NCBI GenBank assembly: GCA_028066355.1
Contig: JALCBP010000003.1
Span: forward strand, 69,746 to 133,745
DNA length: 64,000 nt
Source: Pirellulales bacterium
Lineage (GTDB): Bacteria; Planctomycetota; Planctomycetia; Pirellulales; UBA1268
Direction: 5' to 3'
Part shown: positions 57,047-64,000 of the stretch, in pieces
Layout: every line of letters starts with the position of its first letter
Position numbering within the stretch: the stretch's first letter is position 1
Made by a program: the position numbers and the translations under genes
Notes under the pieces: generated by a model
Database searches by the model: none
Seen by the model: only the letters and a program-made list of their open reading frames with translations
What the model was told of the DNA's origin: nothing

Positions 57047-57268
57047 TTACCCAGCAAGTTTGCATAAGCTTGAGATGGGTAACACACCATCATCCTCAAG
57101 AATGACGTCTCCAAGTGCATCAATTTCTAATTCGTCCCGCAAAACGCGCATTTCAGATGGTGCCTCGATACCTATTCGCACTTTATCACCGTTTACTCTT
57201 ACGATTGTCACCACAACTGATTCACCAACTCGAATGCGCTCATTTTGCTTTCGGGACAATACCAGCAT
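57047..57268 (-). CDS. csrA: Carbon storage regulator CsrA
   Basis: MLVLSRKQNERIRVGESVVVTIVRVNGDKVRIGIEAPSEMRVLRDEL is canonical CsrA. The ATG at 57268 is preceded by ACGGAGGC. The listed longer ORF start at 57319 is unlikely. Confidence 0.88.
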   Translation of the reverse strand: MLVLSRKQNERIRVGESVVVTIVRVNGDKVRIGIEAPSEMRVLRDELEIDALGDVILEDDGVLPISSLCKLAG

Positions 57269-57557
57269 AAAAGCCTCCGTTTTTGTGAGATAGATTTTAG
57301 AAATGAATAGAGCTAGCAACTATGTAGGCTTAAATATGATCCCACCGGGTTGACGGTACCGCGACTGAGTTCAACAGATAGCCTTGGCAAGATAGGAGCC
57401 AAAGGAAATATCGTCCGGATACTTAAGATTTCTTGGCCGTAACGATTTATCACGCAGTCATGCGGATCATTCCGGCTGCACCGGGCACACGTCAGAAATA
57501 CAAGAGCTCTTTTATACGAGACGCTTCCACATCCATAGTCAATGAGAAAAAATTAAT

Positions 57558-58439
57558 TTATTTTTTTTCAGCCTGTGTGTACTCGGCAAGAGTTACTTCT
57601 TCGGCAACTGCCATACACGCTTCAGCATCAGCAATTCTTTCGAGATCATCAGCGCGAAGTGCGGGGTGAATGCGGTGAACCGAATATAGATGGCGCTGCA
57701 TCATCGAGGAGAGTCCGGCAGTAACAAGGCTTCCTCGAGAATCTATTTGAAGAGTGACTGATGCAGGAAGTTTAGCTTCTGCTGCAATCCGTTTATTTAT
57801 TGCCAGCCGTGGAAACGGTGGAATGCCACCTGGATGAAGTAGGGCACGTAATAGGAGTGCCGTATCTGCAAACCGTCTGTATTGACTTGCAATTTCTTGT
57901 GATGGTGCATCTGTGGTTTTAATGTGGTACTGCACTCGCGGGCCAACGAGTTCAATTTCATTATTTGATTCATGAATACTATTCTCAAAGTGTGGACCAC
58001 CAGCCCAGCACAGCAGTTTGTCATCCGATGTCTGTGCCCATTTTGCGAGTGATACCCGTAGTCGTTCGAGTTGAATGCTATCGATCGATGTTTTGACTTG
58101 CCGAAGTGGATCAATCAACAAAACTCGTTCTCGAGTTGGGTCGTGAAGAACAATTTCGCCATTGAATGCTTTTGAGTGATTTGATTCAGAATCAGATGTC
58201 TTCTTCTCAGCAGGTTTGGTGTCAAGAAAGTCCCAGGCGACTTTGGATGAGAAAAGTGTCAGACTGCGAGCAATTGGTATGTCATCGCGATCCGCAAAGA
58301 CGTCAGTCTCTATTCTGAGAGCCTCAGCATCATTGGCAAAAACTGCTTCCCCAAAAGAAAACATGAATACAATGACAGGACAAAATGTCTTGATCAGATG
58401 ACTCGCCCAATGACGTTGTGTGATAACCACTAGTATCAA
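57558..58439 (-). CDS. Hypothetical secreted protein
   Basis: 293 aa with an N-terminal hydrophobic leader (FCPVIVFMFSFGEAVFAND). No motif I recognise. Confidence 0.4.
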   Translation of the reverse strand: MILVVITQRHWASHLIKTFCPVIVFMFSFGEAVFANDAEALRIETDVFADRDDIPIARSLTLFSSKVAWDFLDTKPAEKKTSDSESNHSKAFNGEIVLHDPTRERVLLIDPLRQVKTSIDSIQLERLRVSLAKWAQTSDDKLLCWAGGPHFENSIHESNNEIELVGPRVQYHIKTTDAPSQEIASQYRRFADTALLLRALLHPGGIPPFPRLAINKRIAAEAKLPASVTLQIDSRGSLVTAGLSSMMQRHLYSVHRIHPALRADDLERIADAEACMAVAEEVTLAEYTQAEKK

Positions 58440-58581
58440 GCCTTCATAGGAAAATATCAGAGGTTTTGGTGCATAAAGGACTCTAACAGATGCTGGACTG
58501 CTCTCCCTAGTGTGATTTTCAGCAGGACATGTCTTAGTATTCGATAATTTTCCTATAGTTTTGCCAACAAATGAAATTACC

Positions 58582-58621
58582 CCTGCTGCCCTTTTCTCCT
58601 ACCTGCTGCCCTTTTCTCCTA
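58582..58621. repeat. Perfect 20-bp tandem duplication (CCTGCTGCCCTTTTCTCCTA x2)
   Basis: Copies at 58582-58601 and 58602-58621 are identical. The second copy ends 8 nt before the antiporter ATG at 58630. Confidence 0.9.
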
Positions 58622-58629
58622 TTTGAATA

Positions 58630-60654
58630 ATGTTTCTTTCTGATCTTCTTGTTGTTTTTGCCGTAACGGCGGTCGTTGTTTTTCTGTTTGGACGAGCGCA
58701 GATCCCAAGCGTAATTGGTTTGCTTGTCTCGGGGGTAGTTGTGGGCCCATATGGGCTGTCTTTGGTTGATGATCTTGAGAGCGTTGAGCTCCTGGCAGAA
58801 ATTGGGGTTGTTGTTCTTTTGTTTACAGTCGGTCTTGAAATATCTCTTTCAAGACTACTTGCCATGTTGCCGCTCATGGTAAGTATTGGGCTTCCACAGA
58901 TTGCGGGAACAACACTTCTTATTGCTGCGGCCTGTCGATGGCATGTGGGAACACTTCCTCAAGCAATTTTTGCAGGGCTGTTGATTGCCATGTCGAGTAC
59001 TGCAATCGTTCTGAAGCTCTTGTCAGATCGCAGTCAGTCAGGTACTCAGGCGGGACGGATTTCAATATCAGTTCTCTTGCTACAGGACTTGTTTGTAATT
59101 GTGGCAATGCTTGCGGTGCCTTTGCTAGCGGCTTCAGCCGGAGTCAATGCAGTCCCAAATAATGCAAATGCTTCCCATCAAAGCACTCAAGTGCTCGTTG
59201 AAAATCCATTCTTAGCAGTTCTCCTTGGGTTTTCTATCGTAGTTGGTGTGCTTCTTGCTGGTCGTCAATTCATTCCAAAAGTTTTGCACGAAGTGGTACG
59301 GCTGAGAAATCGAGAACTATTTCTCATAACACTCGTACTCATTTGCTTGGGCACAGCAGCAATCACTGCTGCGGCTGGCTTATCACTTGCTATTGGGGCT
59401 TTCATAGCTGGATTAGCACTTTCTGAAAGTGAGTATGGTCATCAGGCCTTTGCAGAAGTTCTCCCTTTTCGCGATACACTCGCCAGCCTCTTCTTTGTAT
59501 CTGTGGGGATGTTGCTTGATATATCGTTTGTCTTTTCTCACTTTGGACTCGTGTGCCTCGTTGTTTTTGTAATCGTGTTACTCAAGATCTTTGCTACAGC
59601 AATCCCAGCGATGCTTGCAGGCTTTTCTGTTCGAACAAGCCTGATTGCTGGTGGTACTATTGCTCAAGTAGGTGAATTTTCATTCGTTCTAGGATCACGA
59701 GGAGCTGATGTCGGTTTATTAACAGGCGATGATTATCAGACGTTTCTCGCAGCTGCTGTAATTACAATGGCTGCAGCCCCACTTTTGACTGGTATGGTGC
59801 CACGCTTTTGTGATTGGCTTGGACAAGGATCATGGTTTGGTGAAATGTTTCATGATTCACCACCTGAAGATGATATCGATTTGACAGACCACGTTATCAT
59901 TGCTGGGTTTGGAATTAATGGACGCAGTTTGGCAACTGCTTTGGCAGAGTTTGGCGTGCCACATGTGATTTTGGAGTTAAATCCAGAAACAGTTCGTAGC
60001 GAGAGTGCCTTGGGTATAGATATTCGCTATGGCGACTGCACTCGTCGACCTATTTTAGAACATGCAGGAATTTTTCGGGCAAGGGCCTTCGTGGTAGCAA
60101 TCTCGGATCCAGCAAGTGCTCGTCGTAGTGTGCGAGTGGCACGTGATCTTGTACCAGAACTTGAGATATTCGTTCGGACAGAATACCTAGCAGAAGTTGA
60201 TGAGCTAAGACTATTGGGTGCAGACGTTGTTGTGCCTGCAGAGTTTGAGACGGCGTTATCACTTTTTGAGCGCGTGCTTGGCATCTATGATGTTCCTGAG
60301 GAAAAGATTGACAATCTTGTTGATCAGCTTCGTCTGGAGAACTATGGGTTTTTGCGAAGTGGTGTGAGAAGACGAACCATTCAGTCGATTGAAAGCCCCG
60401 ATATTCATGACCAATTAGGGCGCTGTCGCATATCAAAACGTAGCATTGCGGCGGGAAAAACAATTGGTGAACTGGATGTTCGAGCAAAGACGGGGGTCAC
60501 TATCATTGCGATCCAGCGGAATAATCAACAGATCCGAAATCCCGGGCCAACGCTTCAGTTACACATCGGTGACGAAGTTTCATTTGTTGGAAGTCGCTCT
60601 GAGCGGACTGCTGCAAACAAGATCTTTTTGCTGACGAGTAACAACGATACCTAA
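58630..60654 (+). CDS. CPA2-family cation/proton antiporter (KefB/KefC-like) with RCK (TrkA-N + TrkA-C) domains
   Basis: About 12 TM segments of the Na/H-exchanger type, then HVIIAGFGINGRSLA (Rossmann, TrkA-N) and a C-terminal TrkA-C-like beta domain. Confidence 0.88.
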   Translation: MFLSDLLVVFAVTAVVVFLFGRAQIPSVIGLLVSGVVVGPYGLSLVDDLESVELLAEIGVVVLLFTVGLEISLSRLLAMLPLMVSIGLPQIAGTTLLIAAACRWHVGTLPQAIFAGLLIAMSSTAIVLKLLSDRSQSGTQAGRISISVLLLQDLFVIVAMLAVPLLAASAGVNAVPNNANASHQSTQVLVENPFLAVLLGFSIVVGVLLAGRQFIPKVLHEVVRLRNRELFLITLVLICLGTAAITAAAGLSLAIGAFIAGLALSESEYGHQAFAEVLPFRDTLASLFFVSVGMLLDISFVFSHFGLVCLVVFVIVLLKIFATAIPAMLAGFSVRTSLIAGGTIAQVGEFSFVLGSRGADVGLLTGDDYQTFLAAAVITMAAAPLLTGMVPRFCDWLGQGSWFGEMFHDSPPEDDIDLTDHVIIAGFGINGRSLATALAEFGVPHVILELNPETVRSESALGIDIRYGDCTRRPILEHAGIFRARAFVVAISDPASARRSVRVARDLVPELEIFVRTEYLAEVDELRLLGADVVVPAEFETALSLFERVLGIYDVPEEKIDNLVDQLRLENYGFLRSGVRRRTIQSIESPDIHDQLGRCRISKRSIAAGKTIGELDVRAKTGVTIIAIQRNNQQIRNPGPTLQLHIGDEVSFVGSRSERTAANKIFLLTSNNDT

Positions 60655-60663
60655 ATAGAAACG

Positions 60664-61077
60664 TCAAGCACTGTACTGCTTGAGTATTTCAAAAGGAACC
60701 ACATCAAGTGCCTTCTCGCTTGTGGCTTCTAGAACAACTTGTGGAGCACATCCCTCTCTCATCGCTTCGAGCCATCGTGCTGCACAAAGGCACCATCGAT
60801 CACCTGGTACAAGACCAGGGAAATTGAATTCTGGTCTTGGTGTAACAAGATCATTTCCTGCCTCGACTGTAAACCGAAGGAATGCCTCAGTCATAACGGC
60901 ACAGACAGTATGGGAGCCGGTATCATCAGAGCATGTTCGACAAAACCCATCTCGAAAAAAACCAGTGAGCGGTTCGGTGGAGCATGGAATCAGCGGTTTG
61001 CCAAGAAGGTTCCGGTTTGGCTTGGAGTCTGATGAATTATGTGAGTTGTCAAAACTAATCATCATTGTCTGCTTCAA
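60664..61077 (-). CDS. DUF2237-family protein
   Basis: EPLTGFFRDGFCRT...DTGSHTVCAVMTEAFL...GNDL.TP...FPGL.PGDRWCLCA.RW matches the DUF2237 pattern as I remember it. Confidence 0.75.
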   Translation of the reverse strand: MKQTMMISFDNSHNSSDSKPNRNLLGKPLIPCSTEPLTGFFRDGFCRTCSDDTGSHTVCAVMTEAFLRFTVEAGNDLVTPRPEFNFPGLVPGDRWCLCAARWLEAMREGCAPQVVLEATSEKALDVVPFEILKQYSA

Positions 61078-61182
61078 TGGTGAGAGTGCGTGGAGTGTGA
61101 CGGTGCTGTATATAATTCCATCAATTATTTACATTAGAAGTATAAATAACTTCACGAACTGTGTCCTGAAGTCGTCCACAAT

Positions 61183-61764
61183 ATGGTTATGCTCAGCTTA
61201 CAAATCGATACACCAGATCGCTGGTTTTCTCAGGTAGATGAGAATCTCGACGAGATATTGATAGACCATGCGCATTGTGAAAAGAAGGCAGCAGGCGTGG
61301 CAATGAACCTGCTCTTTGCTTATGTCGATAACACAAAGATTTCTCGTGCCATGACCGAAATAGTCAATGAAGAGTTAGAGCATTTCCAAATGGTTCTCAA
61401 TCTATTGGAGCGACGAGATATTCAATTCCGAAAGCTATCTCCAAGTAACTATGGCCCAAAACTTCATAAATTGATCTGCAAGAATGAGCCGGAAAGAGCG
61501 GTTGATCGATTGCTTGTGGCTGGTTTAATTGAAGCTCGTAGTTGTGAGCGGTTTTCGCTATTAAAAGATCATGTTCAAGATGATGAACTTCAAAAGTTCT
61601 ATGGCGGACTTTTTGAATCAGAGGCGCGTCATCATGCGACATATGTTCGGCTTGCCTGTGAAATAGCACCAGATACAATCGTCCATGACAGACTTCACTG
61701 GCTGGCTTCACGAGAGGCTGAGATTATTGCCGAAGGGGACAAGCGGCCGCGGATGCATAGTTAG
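61183..61764 (+). CDS. miaE: tRNA-(ms2io6A37)-hydroxylase MiaE (diiron)
   Basis: DHAHCEKKAA, EELEHF (ExxH), IEARSCERF and ESEARHH (second ExxH) are MiaE diiron ligand blocks. Confidence 0.8.
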   Translation: MVMLSLQIDTPDRWFSQVDENLDEILIDHAHCEKKAAGVAMNLLFAYVDNTKISRAMTEIVNEELEHFQMVLNLLERRDIQFRKLSPSNYGPKLHKLICKNEPERAVDRLLVAGLIEARSCERFSLLKDHVQDDELQKFYGGLFESEARHHATYVRLACEIAPDTIVHDRLHWLASREAEIIAEGDKRPRMHS

Positions 61765-61803
61765 CTATACACCAAAGGCAATTCTTTTCTTAAGCATGGC
61801 TTG

Positions 61804-62301
61804 TTACGACAGCCCTAGGGAATCACAGATCTGTTGAACGATTTTCTCTGGAGTGGAGTCGATCGTTACCACCATTGCTTGCTCATCGATACTTGGCTCT
61901 TCTAAAAGTTCAAGCTGACTTTCAAGGAGGTTTGGTGGCATGAAATGATCTTTCCGATAGGCCAGACGGTCCGAGAGTAATTCTCTGCTGCCACGTAAGT
62001 ACACAAACTGCAAGTCTGTTTGAGTGCCTCTAATCGTCTGACGGTATACCTCTTTAAGTGCGGAGCAGCTGATGACACCATCTCTGCCAGCTATACAACG
62101 AGTCTCGATCCAATCTGCAATCCTGGCAATCCACGGCTTGCGATCGTCATCATTAAGTGGAATGCCTTCTGACATTTTGACAATATTTTTTTGTGGATGG
62201 AGAGCATCTCCCTCCTGGTATTCCCAGTTCAGACGTCTGGCCAAGTTGGTGCCGATGGTTGTCTTGCCACAGCCCGAAACACCCATCAAAACAATAATCA
62301 T
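61804..62301 (-). CDS. gntK: Gluconokinase (GntK/IdnK family)
   Basis: MIIVLMGVSGCGKTTIG followed by EGDALHPQKNIVKMSEGIPLNDDDRKPW is the gluconokinase signature. The ATG at 62301 is preferred over 62343. Confidence 0.85.
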   Translation of the reverse strand: MIIVLMGVSGCGKTTIGTNLARRLNWEYQEGDALHPQKNIVKMSEGIPLNDDDRKPWIARIADWIETRCIAGRDGVISCSALKEVYRQTIRGTQTDLQFVYLRGSRELLSDRLAYRKDHFMPPNLLESQLELLEEPSIDEQAMVVTIDSTPEKIVQQICDSLGLS

Positions 62302-62499
62302 CGACGATCTCCTCCAGGAGATGTAAGTTGCTACGCTGCACATGTTGCTGAAACAAAAGTGCTTGTGTTTCTAACAAGATAGCAATGCTGTGTAGCGTTT
62401 TATATTGTTAGAGAGTTTGGAATGTGAAATCCTTAGCTAAGCAGTAAGAAATATTGTGCTTGTCATGCACTGCATAACGTGATTTTGAAAGAAAATAGT

Positions 62500-63498
62500 A
62501 TGTCTAAAGCGACGATTCAAGTGAGTGGTACACATAACAACTCAGTTCTACATATGCCCTCTGTAGGGTTGGGCTTATGGAAGGTAGATCCATTAAGTAC
62601 AGGTGAGCTTGTTTATGAGGCAATCAGCGTCGGCTACCGACACCTTGATAGCGCATGTGATTATGGAAATGAAGCCGAGGTAGGAAAAGGTATTGAGCGT
62701 GTTCTCGCATCAAACGTATGTCACCGTGAAGATTTATGGATCACTTCGAAACTATGGAATACATTTCATGAACCGAAATATGTCCGGCCAGCGGTTGAGA
62801 GAACATTGCGAGATCTACAAGTAGATTATCTCGATAGTTATTTGATTCATTTTCCAATTTCATTAGCGTATGTAGCACCTGAAACACGCTATCCACCAGG
62901 TTGGTTTTTCGAGCCGGATGCACCAAACCCGTCTATGCAATCAATCAAGGTTCCAGTGGCCGAGACATGGGGAGCCATGGAAGAACTGGTCGATACGGGA
63001 CTCGTCCGGACTATTGGCGTGTGTAACTTTGGCATTTCGCTGCTACGCGATTTGCAGGCTGGTGCGAGAATTCAGCCTTCTAGTTTACAAGTTGAGATGC
63101 ACCCAAGGCTGACCCAAGAAAAGCTTCTCCGATTTTGTAACCAAGAGAATATTGCCGTTACGGCATTTTCACCTTTAGGTGCTCCTTCGTATGTTCCACT
63201 TGGTATGGCGAAAGAGACTGACAGCCTGTTGATCAATCAAGACATTCTGGAGATAGCCGACGTCGTTCAAAGAACGCCGGCGCAGGTCTTACTTCGGTGG
63301 GGAGTCCAACGTGGTACAGCAGTTGTCCCAAAGACATCCCAGCCGAAACGTCTTAAAGAAAATATTTCTCTCTTTGATTTTTCACTCTCTGAGGAGCACA
63401 TGCTGATCATTGACGGCCTCAATAAAAATCATCGGTTTAATGATCCTGGTGATTTTTGTGAGCAGGCGTTCAATACATTTTTCCCGATTTATGAATGA
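62500..63498 (+). CDS. Aldo-keto reductase (aldose/xylose-reductase-like)
   Basis: Catalytic tetrad context HLDSACDYGNE, ITSKLW and LIHFP, plus LLRWGVQRGTAVVPKTS. The ATG at 62500 is preferred over the GTG at 62479. Confidence 0.88.
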   Translation: MSKATIQVSGTHNNSVLHMPSVGLGLWKVDPLSTGELVYEAISVGYRHLDSACDYGNEAEVGKGIERVLASNVCHREDLWITSKLWNTFHEPKYVRPAVERTLRDLQVDYLDSYLIHFPISLAYVAPETRYPPGWFFEPDAPNPSMQSIKVPVAETWGAMEELVDTGLVRTIGVCNFGISLLRDLQAGARIQPSSLQVEMHPRLTQEKLLRFCNQENIAVTAFSPLGAPSYVPLGMAKETDSLLINQDILEIADVVQRTPAQVLLRWGVQRGTAVVPKTSQPKRLKENISLFDFSLSEEHMLIIDGLNKNHRFNDPGDFCEQAFNTFFPIYE

Positions 63499-63508
63499 TC
63501 AAAGGTTC

Positions 63509-64000
63509 TTAAGGGAGACGTTTCATCCGTATGTCCTTGTAATGCACGACGCTTTCAGGGTCGTGAGCCTGTATGGCAAACGTACCACGTGAAAGTTTTC
63601 GGCCGGACATATTTTTCGGTGGCTGCCAATCCTCTGGCTCCAGCCAGTCAGTCGTTACGACTCCATTGATCTTGAGAACGATGTGTTTTCCGTCGACAAT
63701 AATGTCATAGTCGTACCATTCACCATCTTTGACGGGTGACGTATCGAGAACGTCCGCTACTGCGTAGAGCCCACCTGTTTTTTTTCTATCTTTGTGAGTC
63801 TGATTGACTTGGCACTCATAGCCAGCAGAAGGCCAGCCTGACTCTTCATACTGAGTATGGAAGTAGAGCCCACCGTTGGCTTTTGGCATGGTTTTAACTT
63901 TTGCATGCCAGTGAAAACTGGTTAGTTGATCGTCATCGGGATTTTCTGGATCACCAATCCAGAAAAGATGACAACGTGGTCCGTCGACAACAAGAACACC
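63509..64000 (-). CDS. DUF1080 (3-keto-disaccharide hydrolase-like, concanavalin-fold) protein; 5' end beyond window
   Basis: The minus-strand frame stays open from 63889 to base 64000 (...VVDGPRCHLFWIGDPENP...). The C-terminal GTFAIQAHDPESVVHYKDIRMKRL is the typical DUF1080 ending. Confidence 0.75.
   Translation of the reverse strand, partial: GVLVVDGPRCHLFWIGDPENPDDDQLTSFHWHAKVKTMPKANGGLYFHTQYEESGWPSAGYECQVNQTHKDRKKTGGLYAVADVLDTSPVKDGEWYDYDIIVDGKHIVLKINGVVTTDWLEPEDWQPPKNMSGRKLSRGTFAIQAHDPESVVHYKDIRMKRLP

Noticed and set aside
57385-57425. Hairpin with AGGA in its loop (GCCTTGGC-AAGATAGGA-GCCAAAGG) plus nearby GGA motifs upstream of csrA, as a possible CsrA-sponge sRNA
   Set aside because: It reads this way on the + strand, opposite to csrA. 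The GGA count in the ~290-bp spacer on either strand is about what random sequence would give. There is no terminator or promoter to define a transcript.
58582-58621. 20-bp repeats as a CRISPR array or minisatellite
   Set aside because: There are only two copies, directly abutting with no spacer, and no cas genes in the window. I report it as a simple tandem duplication instead.

Overview
This is a gene-dense 64-kb chromosomal segment with about 50 protein genes on both strands. By inference it comes from a Planctomycetota-type genome. The supporting features are two DUF1559 pseudopilin-like genes, a PSCyt/DUF1549/DUF1553 plus Tat-DUF1501 pair, an ECF sigma / Ser-Thr kinase pair, and a BamA with a long Pro/Gln-rich linker. 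Recognisable housekeeping blocks are ffh-rpsP-trmD-rplS, a gmd sugar-nucleotide/glycosyltransferase cluster, sucCD, rsmG, an S41 protease, rpiB, hemA/hemE, an SNF2 helicase, a PhoB/PhoR-like two-component pair, csrA, a KefB-like antiporter, miaE, gntK and an aldo-keto reductase. I found no rRNA, tRNA, CRISPR array, transposase/integrase or prophage genes. The best candidate for an undescribed system lies at about 36.4-45.1 kb. It is a co-directional unit of a DUF1559 prepilin-like protein, a small lipoprotein, a leaderless 1164-aa protein with a GH94-like WND motif, a small secreted helical protein and a secreted clan GH-A-like glycosidase, followed by a LacI-family repressor. The same 14-bp CG-centred palindrome (TGAAACCGGTTTCA-like) sits on the predicted promoter of the first gene and in front of the repressor gene. 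Secondary leads are a GspE/PilB-type ATPase with a three-helix membrane anchor next to a CvpA-like protein, a YrdC-like/LMW-phosphatase fusion beside rpiB, a csrA operon without fliW, a Cys-rich mini-lipoprotein, and several small intergenic repeats and hairpins. All functional calls rest on motifs read by eye; no database search was possible.
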